Shown here: positions 14,831-29,045 of the stretch, in pieces | Layout: every line of letters starts with the position of its first letter | Position numbering within the stretch: position 1 is the stretch's first letter | Position numbers and translations under genes: made by a program | Source: the human T2T-CHM13v2.0 reference genome, Homo sapiens | DNA: 64,000 bases | Assembly: GCF_009914755.1 (NCBI RefSeq) | Contig: NC_060948.1 | Direction: 5' to 3' (one strand) | Notes under the pieces: model-generated | What the model was told of the DNA's origin: nothing | The model's input: the letters and a program-made list of their open reading frames with translations, nothing else | Databases searched by the model: none

Positions 14831-16401
14831 ATGGGAGGGAAGTTGTTGAAACCCACCCCATTAGAATGCATGTTAAACAACTTTAAGAAAGATTATGTGG
14901 GGGATTATGGGATCAAGTTGACCCCCAGAGGTTGAGAACTGTCTGTGAAATAGAGTGGTCCTCTTTCAGTATTGGATGGCCGGCCGAAGGAACTATAGAT
15001 GGGGAAATAATTGGCTGTGTATTTAAGGTGGTGACTGAGGTCGGAGGACAGCCTGGACTTCCAGGCCAATTTCCTTATATTGACTCACGGCTGAATATAA
15101 TTCAAACTCGACCTGTATGGCTAGAGCCCTGCCTGGCAGCTTATTGCAGAACACTGGTAGCTCGAGCTGAGCCAAAAGTGAAAGAGAATTCAGCTTTACT
15201 GTCAGCTACAAACAGAAAGGAAAAACCACAAGAAAAACCAGTTTTGCAGGAACCACCAGCGGAAATAGAAACCCCTCTCCCCTATGCACCAATCTATCCA
15301 CCTTTACCAAGCCTGGCCCAATAGCAGCCAGACTCAGATGATGATACACCTCAGGCTAACCCCAAAGTGTGAAATCTGAGCCCTTGCCCCAGGAGGTCAA
15401 GGAGGAAGGTCAAAATGATCAAGCAGGCCGCCTTTAATCTGGCTGCAAGAGCTTTGCAGATGCCTCTCTGAGAAACTTGGGGACCCATGTATTATGATGA
15501 ACAGGGCCAGGTCCAAGGGTGGGCAACCAACTTTCATTTATCACCCTTTTTCAACTATTGATCTCCTAAACTGGAAACACCATACTCCCTCCTACATGGA
15601 GAAGCCCCAAGCTCTCACAAAATCTGATGCAGTCTATTTTTGAGACACACAATCCAACTTGGCCAGACTGCAAACAGCTTTTCCTGATGCTGTTCAACAC
15701 CAAGGAATGCTGAAGGGTGACCTAGGTAGCCCACCAGTGGCTAGAAAACAATGCACTGGAAGGCACCCTTAATGTCCTGGCATATGCACAGGGCCAGTTC
15801 CCAGAAGCAGACCCGCACTGGGACCCAAACAAGGAAGCCCAACTACAGCAACTGCAGAGGTACCAAGAGGCACTCCTGCAAGTTTTGAGAAAAGGAGAGA
15901 AAAAGGCATTCAATATGGGAAACATTTCAGAGGTGCTTCAGAGAGCAGATGAAAGCTGTAGCCAGTTTTATGAGAGACTCTATGAGGCCTTCCAGCTTTG
16001 CAGTCCATTTGACCCTGAGGCTACTGAGAACCAGTGCATGGTAAACGCAGTGTTTGTAGGGCAAACCCAGGGAGACATCAGGCGAAAGCTGCAAAAGCTA
16101 GAGTGTTTCACTGGCATGAATGTCACTCAGGTTTTAGAAGTGGCCACCAAGGTGTACACTAACTGTGAGGAGGAGACTCAGGGAAAAGGCCAATTTGCTG
16201 GTGGCAGCACTTATGGAAAGGGGGGCGAATGTCCCAAGACGAAGTGGATGTAGGTGCGGACAAGGAAGAGGTCAAATCAGGCAAAGACCCGAGGATCAGG
16301 CAGCACTAGATAGGGACCAGTGTGTGGGGTGCAAGAAGAAAGGACACTGGAAGAATGAATGTCCAGAGGGTGATGAGGGAGAGGTGGAAGTAGGGGCCTA
16401 A
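14831..16401 (+). pseudogene. gag: Defective gammaretroviral gag (MA-CA-NC)
   Basis: MGGKLLKPTPLECML start, GWPAEGT (MA), QTQGDIRRKLQKLE (CA), single CCHC knuckle CVGCKKKGHWKNEC; many stops and frameshifts. Confidence 0.92.
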
Positions 16402-16551
16402 GGGGCCATAACTTTAAGCCTGCCACCATCCTGAATATATGGTGTTAACTCTTGATGTCCCACAGGTGGAAGAATGGAGGCTGTATGCAGAAGGGTTGTC
16501 AAAGCTGGGGCTAGATGAGCTGTATGGGTGCCTAGTAAAATTCGTAGAGTG

Positions 16552-17172
16552 TGGGCTGAAGATAATGCCCCTACCCTCGCTGTGAACCAGATACAAAAGA
16601 TAGTAGAACTAAAATCAGGAGAAACACTGGTTCGGTTTCGTTATTACCCACTTCCCTGAGAAGCAATACATGGCATTCAAGGGCATTTGAAGTGGCAATT
16701 AGAACACAGGATCTTGGCCCGATGACAGTCACTGTAGAACACTCTCCTTTTGCCAGTGCAGAAACTGGGGACTAATGAATATAGACTGGTGCAGGACCTA
16801 CCTGTTGCAAACCAAGCCCCTGAGGATTCAGGAAGTGGAAGCTACACATAGCTTACTGGCTGCAAAGCTAAGGAAAAGTGGAGCACATGAACTGGACACT
16901 CCAGCAGCTATTAAAGAAATATTGCCAAGAAACACATCTAAGATGGGATCAGATCCTGCCCATGGTCCTCCTCTGAATCAGGTGCACTTGCACCAAACTG
17001 GGTATTCGCCCTATGAGATCTTGTTCGGCCGGCCACTCCCAATCATAGGTCAAATTAAGGGTGATCTCTGTGAGCTAGGAGAATTGTCCTTAAGAAGGCA
17101 AATGCAGGCCTTAGGGAAAGCCATGCAAGAAGTCCATGGCTGGGTATGGGAAAGAACAGCCATAGGACTAAC
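16552..17172 (+). pseudogene. pol: Defective pol: RT N-terminus fused to integrase C-terminal part
   Basis: WAEDN...NTLLLPVQKLGTNEYRLVQDL (MLV-like RT start), then from ~16820 GKVEHMNWTL...TGYSPYEILFGRP (IN); protease, most of RT/RNaseH, env and PPT are absent. Confidence 0.9.
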
Positions 17173-18109
17173 AAGATCAGGGAGAAGAAAAACAAGTTCT
17201 TTTCAATCTCTCCCTGAAATTCTCTCCCCATGCCATCATTCTTTGTTCTGCTTGTATAACTATTTTTGTAACTACTTCTGCAAGTTTGCAAGGATTTTGT
17301 AAGGTCCTGTTTTTCCCATCTGTGCAGGATGGCAAAGGTCACAAGACATGCCTGAGTTACAAGACCTGTCACAGTTTGATTAACTGCGTTTGTTCTGCTT
17401 CTGTAAGCTTGCTTTCCCCACCCCACAAGTTTTGCACCACAGGCCAACACCCTTTGGTCTCATGAATAAAAGTCAAGCCCTTTCTTTGTTCATTGCTCAG
17501 CCTCTGGGTATTAATCTGCTGAGCTGGTGGCCACCTAAATACAATCGTCCTGTTCCCCTCACTGGTCTCTCCAGTGTCCTGATTCCCACAACAGTGTCCT
17601 GATTCCCACAACACTGACAATCAAGGCAACATAATGCTGTTGACTGAAGGCATGTCCTAATTATAAACCTTTATTGTCAGGGTATCCAACTATAAACCTT
17701 TATTGTCAGAGTATCCAACTGTTAAAAAACTTAAAAAATCCCAGGCAAACCAGGAAGAGCTGGCTTTCCTAGCCAGCTTGCACCATCTTATCCAAGTATC
17801 TGTTGCAATATGCTAGGAATTAATGAAAGTTTTTATGAAAATTTCTACATCTCCTTGGCCTGATATAAGATATCCCATTGATCCCTATTTCCCTCTGGAT
17901 CATGACTTTTCTCTAATTGGCCACTTATTGGGATGGGCAGGTGGTGGCCATTGGTCACTTAGTTTGGCTGCTCAGAATCTAAAATTCCCTATATTTCAGG
18001 AATTCCTCAAGTTATATGGCAGAGTGTATCACCTTTCTTTGTAGAACCTCAGCATACTAGGTTCCCTTACAATTGGAGTGGTGGTATCTAACCAGGCTCT
18101 GCCAATCAG

Positions 18110-18240
18110 TGCTTGTACTGGAGGCTGAATTGGAAATAGGGATACAGAGTCTGGAATTTCGAGAAAGTTGTGCTGGTGAGGATGGAGACAGCCAGCAGAG
18201 GCCTATCAGAGTTAGAGGGAACAGTGTGCCCAAAAGTTCT
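18110..18240 (+). mobile_element. Possible L2 fragment
   Basis: Weak match to L2 3' motif (GGATACAGAGTCTGGAATTTCGAGAAAGTTGTGCTGG). Confidence 0.35.
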
Positions 18241-18499
18241 AGAGTCAGCATCAGAACTCAGTGTCAGTGTTTGTAACATCGTGTGTCTGTAATGAGAGCA
18301 GGGACCACTAAACTAACTCTCTACAATTATTCTGGACATTGTTCCTGGTTACTTCACTTCCAGTCTTCATTCCCTCATCCTTCCAAAAGCTTATATTTTG
18401 TTACAGCCCCTCTGCTAAATCAAATAGAGTTGTTTTTTGTTATTTAGAAATGTATTCAATATATCCCCTTGACTAAGATATGGTCTCTACCTGCAACCA

Positions 18500-19450
18500 T
18501 GTGACATAGAAAAACTGGGTAATTTAAGAATTTAATAAATGGACTATTTACAAAAATGAGCAGATTTGTGGGAAACTAATGAGATATAATGCAACATCCA
18601 ATGTTAGGAACATTGGGGAGTACTCATCAGTTCAGACTACGGTGAAAGTGTTGGGAGGCTTTTTTGCTTCATTTCTCAGCATTCCCACATGGTCCACAAA
18701 CAATCCACCTTGACAGCTAGAGATGAAAGATAGGAAATGCCATTCTCCCCTTAGAAGCATGCCAATATCCTAAAGCCTTCCCCTTTCTGTCACAGGAGAC
18801 ATTGGCTTACTTTCCAGTGTTACCAACCTGGAGACCCTTTCCCCTCAACACTTAAGGAGTTTTGCTAGCATTTCATTGAAAAAGTTCTCCCTCTGGAGGG
18901 GAGGATGGGAAGATCATTAGTAGCCTTGATAAAAAAAACCAGTCCCCTAACTGAGGGTTTCTCTCCTGTAATGCAACCCACCACAAGCTAGGTGAATACT
19001 TGGGCCTCAGCATGATATGTGTGAATGGAGGTATTTTGTATGAACTTAAGAGATTGCTCAGGCTGCTGCTTTTTGCTGTAAACAGTAAACAATCTTTGTC
19101 TTTGACCAGGTCTCTAGTCTCTTTGGTCAGGATATGAATATAATCACCTTATCTGTTGTCAGGAAGGCAAAATCTCTTGTCCTCCACAGTTCCTGACTTC
19201 TCAGGATAAGCATAGCCAAGGAAGAAAACTGTACTGACAGGAGCTTACTCCCTTCACAAGAGAGGAGCCAAGGCAATAAATACCACCTGCCTTTTATCAC
19301 CTTCTAAACTGCCCATTGGCTGACTCCACCTGGAAACCAAAGGGAATGGGAGCACCTTACACAGTCCATAGAGGTCACTTTCTCAGGCACACAGCAAGGT
19401 AAAGATAGGAGGAGAATTGATGATGAGGAGCACAGTAAAGGCATTGAGCA
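18500..19450. mobile_element. Old ERVL LTRs: LTR33-like element with a nested LTR40-like element (~18649-19198)
   Basis: TTTAATAAATGGACTATTTACAAA and CCCATTGGCTGACTCCACCTGGAAACC (LTR33-like); TGTTGGGAG ... CACAGTTCCTGAC (LTR40-like). Confidence 0.55.
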
Positions 19451-19754
19451 CAGTGAATAGTTTTATGGTTTGTACATTGCTTCTCTTGAACTGCTGCTCA
19501 TGTTTCCCTTCATAAATGTGCTGTGTTAAATATTAATGTTTTTGTGTTTGTTGAGATTTTCTTTGCATACTTTACCTGGTCCATTATTTGCCAGTGTTCT
19601 ATAAATGTATTGACTAATGGTTTACTGATTTGTTTATATGTCTCAAAACAACTATAACAGTGGGTAATGAGAGCAGGGAGGGGGCACTGAGTAAAAGCAT
19701 GATGGAACCAAAATACTACACAATAACAATATACAGGAGAATTGGCATTGTTAT

Positions 19755-21299
19755 TGCTACAGGATTCTTAGGGTGTCACTTTACCAACCAGAAACCTCTG
19801 TGACTGGTGACGCATCTGCTTGGGTTTTTCTTGGGCCTGCTGGGCCCAAGTGAGCTTGTTCCACTCACTTGGTGAAGCAACCAGCCTGGATTCCATGTCT
19901 GCCAAGGGCAAGCCAGATGTGCAGCAATGAGAGGTCTGCAAGTGAGGTCTGGCCACTGTGCACTGCCAGGCATGCCAGCTGTGGTGAGGTGGGCAACTCC
20001 AAGTGCTAACATAGGTGCTAGCTCTGTGTGAGGCTGCAGCTGGACCAGGCATACTGCAAGTGGCTTCCACTATGGGTACCGGGTAATGCAGTTGTGCCCA
20101 GAAGCTTGGAAATGCTAGGAACCATAGAGCCTCAAAGGTGTCACAACCCTGGCTTGGGGAGGCCCTAGGTTTGGGCTCCCTGAAAGTCAACAACTCTTTT
20201 CTTCTTCTTGTCACTCACAAGGTGTCAAGTGGAGGGTATGTTTCAGCCTTGTTTGTGTTACAGCTCTTTCAGTCCCACCATTCTGTGGTCCTGAGCTCTG
20301 GTCCTGCATCCAGGAAGAATGACGTATGTGGAAAACTGGAGCGTGAGCAAGGCAAAGAGGGGGTTCATTGAGCAACAGAACAGCTCTCAGGAGACCTGCA
20401 GTGGGTAGCTCCTTTCTGCAGGCTGGTTGTCCCAATGAGTGTCCACCTTTCAGCAGAAAGGAGACCTGCAGTGGGTAGCTCCTTTCTGCAAGCAGGTTGT
20501 CCTGACAAGTCAAGGAGACCTGAATTGGGTCACTGCTTCCCACAGCTGGTAGTCCCACAGTCTGTGTAAGTCTGGCTGTCTGAGGTTTTTATGGACTTCA
20601 GAAGGCAGGAAGTGTGTGCTGACTCGTCCAAGGGCAGCCATGTGCAGGCCTGGAAAAAGCACCATAAGTTTTCACTCAGGGCCAAGGACTTCACCTGGAA
20701 CTGACAGCCTTCAGGATGGCTTGAAGCAGGGCCTCTCCAGGGAACCAACCCTTTATGCCCAGGAGCCATCTGCCTATTGTTGCCATCAACTTGGCATCCA
20801 TAGTGCCCAGGCTGTTCATGCCAAGCAGTGCTGGCAGGCCTGTGCCAAATGACCCTCAGCACCCCCTCAGCTCCACTCCTGTGGTCATGGGCGCCCAAAG
20901 TCTGGAGGGGGATGAGGCGGCAGGGGGCTGGTGTGTCAGCACCACCCTGAGCACGTGCAACCTCCTGGCTGGGTTGTGATAGCACCTGGGCTTGGCCACA
21001 ATGTTGCTCCACACTCGGAGCAACCAGGAGTTGAGAAAGGCCAGGCAGTGGCACCAAGCTCTTTCAAGCCTGCAGAGGCAAGGGGGCTTCCTGGGCTTCA
21101 AAAAGCACAGGGATACCAAGTCTGCAGCCACTGCTGGGCAGCTGCAGCTAAGCATGGGACTCCTGCCCCACCAACTTGGAAGGGGACAGGGCTCCTGCCT
21201 GTTCCCAGCTCCTGACGGCTCCTGAACATGCAGCCCTGGCCACGCCTCCCCTGCTGCAGCGTCCCCACAGTGGCTGCTCCAAACAGGTTGCCACCATCA
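19755..21299 (-). mobile_element. MER52-type solo LTR (ERV1), 1545 bp
   Basis: TG..CA termini, perfect 4-bp TSD TTAT (19751-19754, 21300-21303), internal GGAGACCTGCAGTGGGTAGCTCCT repeats; explains the GC-rich ORF cluster. Confidence 0.9.
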
Positions 21300-21303
21300 T
21301 TAT

Positions 21304-22035
21304 AAGTCAGAATGCTCTTGGCTGCAAGTATTACGGATCATAACTTGGCTGGGTGTGGTGCCTCATATCTATAATCTGCTTTGGGAGGCCAATGCAAGAG
21401 GATTGCTTGAGGACAGGAGCTTGAAACCAGCCTGGGCAACATATAATAGTAATACCCTGAGTCTATACACATATGAAAAATAAAAGCACACTCACACACT
21501 CAAAATGGAAGACATGGCTCAACAGACCAAACAATAAGAAAACTTTTAATAGGAACTCCAGATGTAGTTATCTTCAAGGTTAGTTGCATATTTGATGTTT
21601 GTTGAATCAACATATTGGGAACAATACATTTATAGCAGTTCCACATGTCTCATCCAAATTTGGCAATTGGGAGAAAAAAGATAAATAACATTTTCCTATG
21701 GCTTTCTCTTAAAGAAGAAGAAACTTTTTCTCACAGTCCTTCTGTAAGGCTGCTTATCGTGTATCAATGGCTAGTGTTGGATCACACAGCTTTTCCTGGA
21801 AATACTGTTAACATAACTAACCATTACCAACCCCAACAAGTTAATGACATTATGCATAACTAGGTTGACTCCCATAACAAGAGATGGAGTTAGCTTTTCC
21901 TTCAGAAAAGCAAAGCAAAACAAAATATACACACATGATATGCAGTGAAGGTGTTGGTACTTCAACAAATTTAAAGTATCTTTGGTACAAGGGATAAGTA
22001 TGTAGTGGGTAGGCAACCACTATCCTTCACTGCAG
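21304..22035 (-). mobile_element. Old MLT1 (MaLR) LTR remnant with a FLAM/Alu monomer (21347-21485, plus)
   Basis: GTCAGAATGCTCTTGGCTGCAAGTA and GGGTAGGCAACCA ends; FLAM motif GAGGATTGCTTGAGGACAGGAG. Confidence 0.55.
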
Positions 22036-22039
22036 AGAT

Positions 22040-22600
22040 TACAAGACTAAAACAGTGCTAAAGTATTATAATGAAAAAGGTTTGATTGCTTTTTTGTGTT
22101 TAAATTACATATAGGTGTTAAAGTATTAAGGGTAATCACCACAGGAATAGAGAGAAAATGCAAAATGTTCAAACAAGTAGAAGGGAAATATGGTACCAAA
22201 AAAACCCAAAACAAAATAAATGAACTTTCAAAACAAATTAAATAGCTGTTAGTAAAGCTGTCATAAAGGAAGTAAAGAAATAGCCTGATGAAAAGAAAAT
22301 ATGAAATAAAATATATAACATATTTTAATTATTTTAGCCAAATATTTTAATAATTGCAATGAATATAAGTAGACTACCTATTAAAGGCCAAAAATTATAA
22401 AATTAGATAAAATTCTAGCTATTCAATATTGGCAAGAAAAATACATAAATTAATGATACAAAAAAGCAGAAAGTAAAAAGATAGAAAATATACAGTAAAA
22501 ATATATTGGGCAGCCACTGCCAAAATATTTTTAATGAAAGACTTTAATGCAAAATAATTATTATATAATGACTAAAACAACAACTTCCAGTGTCATAAAT
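22040..22600 (+). mobile_element. Ancient L1ME-like fragment
   Basis: A-rich, degenerate EN-domain start (TAATTGCAATGAATATAAGTAGACTA...ATTAAAGG). Confidence 0.5.
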
Positions 22601-23539
22601 GGTAGCATGCTTACATACATAGCTGTACTTTGATTTGTCATAGTAAATGTTTTAGATGTTCAGTGTCATTATTGATTAGGAAAATAAAATTGTCTTATAA
22701 GTATTACAGTATTTTTTCAGTTTGTTTGTATGAACGTGGATCCAAATATGACTGGCACTATGTATGTTATATTTCTTAAGTTGCTCCTTCATCTTGTTTC
22801 TTCCTCACCTCTCTCCTGCTCCTTCCTCCTAGCTGGAGTTTATATGTTGAAGAAACAAAATAACTTGATGGGTATACTTTCCACAGTCTGGATTCTACCG
22901 ATTTTATCCCCAATGTGATGTTGAACTTGTTTCTCTGGTATTGGTATTTCCCAACAGCTATAATATAATCTGAAGGCTTTGATCAGATTCAGATTTGACA
23001 TCATGGCAAACACTATATCTTAAGTGGTAACATGCTTTTTTATGGAGGCACATTATATACCTAGCCATCTTGCTTGTGATTGTGGCAACTATTTGATGCT
23101 CAAAGCTAAGATTCAGTCAATTCTTCAAGGCTTGAAAATAGCGATATAGAATTTTATGATTCTTTATGATTTGCAATTCTTAATATTTTTTGAATGAGGA
23201 TTCTTGAATTCTCATTTTGTCATGGGCCCCAAAAATTAAGTAGCTGGTCCTGGGTATGGACATCATGTAGGAGATATGCGGAAAACAAAGACAGAAATCT
23301 AGATTTGTTTACAGTGTGGTTGGCCTAATGTTGGTTCCCACCAAAGGAATACAAACTAATATGAAAATTTCAGAACATTTCCTCTAGTTTCTTCCTCTAC
23401 ATATCTGGATTTGTTATATTGTTAAGTTTTTACTAGACGTTTTCCTATCACCTTAACAGTGTTTTTAAAAATCTTCATGTTAGTTTCCTGATATAAAATC
23501 CTTAAGTCAAGGATATTTATTAGTTTAGTATTTTATGGC

Positions 23540-25000
<1,461 letters not shown>

Positions 25001-25582
25001 CTTAGAAGACAAAAGGAGGCATAGTCTGGGCTGGATTGTCTCTGAGTCGTGCAAGGAACAGTCTTTGAGGTAGTAGAGTCTTCAGCAGCATATGCCAGGT
25101 TCTTATAATGAGTGACTGCAGGATGGTGTCAGCTACGACAGCTGTTTTAAGCTGCTGAAGTTCTGCTCTTTTATAGTCACAGCGTCCTCTGTGGAGGACT
25201 GACAGTGGAAGAGTGTGCTTGTTTATGTCCCCACATCTGGATGGATGCAAACCTAAACAAAAAAAACCCTTTGTTTATTAAACAAAACATCTTTGTTGAG
25301 AGAGTACCATATGAAATAGAAAATAAAGTCTTTTTTAAAAGGTGGAGTAAGTTATGTCAAGGGTGCTATACACAACCATGTAACTTAGATTCCCACAGTT
25401 TTCACACTAGAAGAGCTAGAATAATTTTGTTCAAATTTCTCTTTTTGCATTTGACTGCCAGGCCAAGAGATGTGTTGAACGGGCATTTTAATAGGCAAGA
25501 ACTTCAGCTGAATTTTCTGACCACTGATCCAGTGCTTTTTCCAGAATGCTACTCATCTGCCAAAACTGTATCCATTTTTCCT

Positions 25583-25877
25583 ATTTTTTTTTCTTGAGAG
25601 GCAGTCTCGCTCTGTTGCCCAGGCTGGAGTGCAGTGGCGCAATCTCGGCTCATTGACAGCTCTGCCTCCAGGGTTCACACCATTCTCCTGCCTCAGCCTC
25701 CCAAATAGCTGGGACTACAGGTGCCTGCCACCATACCCGGCTAATTTTTTTGTGTTTTTAGTAGAGATGGGGTTTCACCGTGTTAGCCAGGTTGGTCTTG
25801 ATCTCCTGAACTCATGATCCGCCCACCTCAGCCTCCCAAAGTGCTGGGATTACAGGCGTGAGCCACTGTTCCCGGCC
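25583..25877 (-). mobile_element. AluY
   Basis: GGGTTCACACCATTCTCC, TTTCACCGTGTTAGCCAGG. Confidence 0.93.
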
Positions 25878-26134
25878 AAAGCTATCTATTTTTAAGCACC
25901 TTGCCTCTGTTCATTTGCTTATTCATTCCTCCATTCATTCATTTGTTCATTCATTCAATACCTATTAGTTTGTTGACGTTTTCTGGGTCTGGTAGTTTAG
26001 AGAATGCTTGCTTTCCTCAGCTAAAAGTTTTTTCTTTTTTTTTTTTCCTCATTTTTCTCTTTTAGTCAGAAGATTTTTTCCTTGAAAGCATCGATGGTAA
26101 ACATCTGCACGTCAGAGAGTTTCTCAATAAGACT

Positions 26135-26728
26135 TGTAATCCAAAAACAATCTGAGAAACGTCTTAATTAATTTAGAAGTTTATTTTGCCAAGGTTAAGG
26201 ACATGCCTGTGACACCACCTTCAAATGTCCTGACAACATGTGCCAAAGGTAGTTGAGATACAATTTGCTTTTATCCATTTAGGAAGAAATGAGACATTAA
26301 TCAATACATGTAATATATATAGTGGTTTGGTTCAGAAAAGTAGGACCATTAGAAATCTGGGTTCCAGATTTTAAGTGGATTGAAAGATTTTCTTATTGTC
26401 AGTCATTTGAGTAAATATCTGCAATCAACAGAAAGAAATGTCTGGGCGATAATAAGGGATTGTGGATACCAAGGTTTGTCATGCAAATAGCCTCCAGGTA
26501 TCAGAGAGGCTTCAGAGAAAATAGATTGTAAATGTTTCCTGTCAAACTTAAAAGATCTGTTCTATCAGTACCAAGGTCTGTGTTGATGTTAATGGTAATG
26601 AGGCATGTGTGACTCCGCCTTCTCATTATGGCCTGAACTAGTTTTTCAGGTTATCTTTGGAATGTTTTTGGCTGAGAGGACGTGTATATTCAGATGGTTT
26701 GAGGCTTTATATTTTATTTTGTCTTACA
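26135..26728 (-). mobile_element. MER4A/B-type solo LTR
   Basis: AATTTAGAAGTTTATTTTGCCAAGGTTAAGGACATGCCTGTGACAC; CATTATGGCCTGAACTAGTTTTTCAGGTT. Confidence 0.8.
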
Positions 26729-27032
26729 AGCTCATTTCTGGATAGTCCTGTGCCATGTGTAGGTAGTGGTGCATGTGTGTGTGGGGGACAGGGGGCTGTT
26801 ACTAGAGGGTCAAAGAGAAGTTGTCTCAGTGAGGAATTTTAAGACCACCAAAAAGCCAATTGGGATGATGATGTTACAAATTGGTTAAATGAAACCCTGT
26901 CAAGTCATTGATTTACATACCTGCTGTCACTTTTTAATCATTTGTAGCTTTAGTAGTTGTACATTACTTAGAATTTTAACTACTACTATCCTTAACCCAT
27001 AGAGAAAACCTAAGAAACACAGTTTTTAACTA

Positions 27033-28212
27033 TGTGAACCCTGAATATCTGAGACAGGGCTCAGTTAATTTGGAAAACTTATTTTGCCAAGATTGTTCTG
27101 TTCCATTGGTCTATGTATCTGTTTTGGTACCAGTACCATGATGTTTTGCTTACTGTAGCCTTGTAGTATAGTTTGAAGTCAGGTAGTGTGATGCCTCTAG
27201 CTTTGTTCTTTTTGGTTAGGATTGTCTTGGCCATGTAGGCTCTTTTTTGGTTCCATATAAAATTTAAAGTAGTTTTTTCTAATTCTGTGAAGAAAGTCAA
27301 TGGTAGTTTGATGACAGCATTGAATCTATAAATAACTTTGGGCAGTAGGACCATTTTCTGCATCTATTGAGATAATCATGTGTTTTCTGTCATTGGTTCT
27401 GTTTATGTGACAGATTACATTTATTGATTTGCATATGTTGAACCAGCCTTGCATCCCAGGGATGAAGCTGACTTGATTGTGGTGCATAAACTTTTTCATG
27501 TGCTGCTGAATTTGGTTTGCCAGTATTTTATTGAGAATTTTCACATCAATGTTCATCATTCCTTGGTCATAGATATTGGCCTGAAATTTTCCTTTTTTGT
27601 TGTGTCTCTGCCAGATTTTGGCATCAGGATGATGCTGGCCTCATAAATAATTTTTCCATTGTTTGTGTCCTCTCATTTTCTTGAGCAGTGGTTTGTAGTT
27701 TTCCCTGAAGAGATTCTTCACATCCCTTATAAGTTGAATTCCCAGGTATTTTATTCCCTTTGCAGCCATTGTGAATGGGAGTTCACTCATGATTTTGTTC
27801 TCTGTTTGTCTATTATTGGTGTATAGGATTGGTTGTGATTTTTGCACTTTGGTTTTGTATTCTGAGACTTTGCTGAGGTTGCTTATCAGGTTAAAGAGAT
27901 TTTGGGCTGAGATGATGGAGTTTCTAAATATACAGTATGTCATCTGCAAACAGACACAATTTGACTTCCTCTTTTCCTAGCTGAGTACACTTTCTTTCTT
28001 TCTCTCGCCTGACTGCCCTGGCCAGAACTTCCAATACTATGTTGAAGAGGAGTGGTGAGAGAAGGCCTCCTTGTCTTGTGCCAGTTTTCAAAGGGAATGC
28101 TTCCAGTTTTTGCCCATTCATGGCTATGGATATGTGATAAATAGCTCTTATTATTTTGAGATACATTCCATCAATACCTAGTTTTTTGAGAGTTTTTTTT
28201 TTTTTAGCATGA
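27033..28212 (-). mobile_element. ~60-bp MER4A1 end joined to a rearranged L1PA ORF2 fragment
   Basis: TGTGAACCCTGAATATCTGAGACAGG, then L1 ORF2 peptides ([44 protein letters not shown]) in shuffled order. Confidence 0.9.
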
Positions 28213-28407
28213 AGGAGATTGTGTTTTTCAAAAGGTCAATGAAGTGTTATATTATCCTTGGCAAAAATTTTGTCAATAAGAGGAGAAACAGAGGGAACAC
28301 ATATAGTTGGCAGGGATTTTAAGAACAGAGAAATTCAGTAGATGGAGTAGCTATTATTGAGAGAATAGAGGCCTCACACAAATAAACATATATAGCCTAA
28401 ATATTAA

Positions 28408-29045
<638 letters not shown>

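Larger units (their letters stand above)
13599..17613 (+). mobile_element. Internally deleted class I provirus, HERV3/HERV-R (LTR4-like) group
   Basis: 5' LTR 13599-14154 (TG..CA), Arg PBS, gag, RT and IN remnants, partial 3' LTR 17178-17613; flanks CTCA/CTGA as a degraded 4-bp TSD. Confidence 0.9.

Noticed and set aside
17660-17770. 29-bp tandem duplication and faint hAT-Blackjack-like end
   Set aside because: Ordinary slippage duplication; transposon match too weak to call
19768-21225. Many 70-175 aa ORFs on both strands
   Set aside because: All inside the MER52 solo LTR bounded by a TTAT TSD
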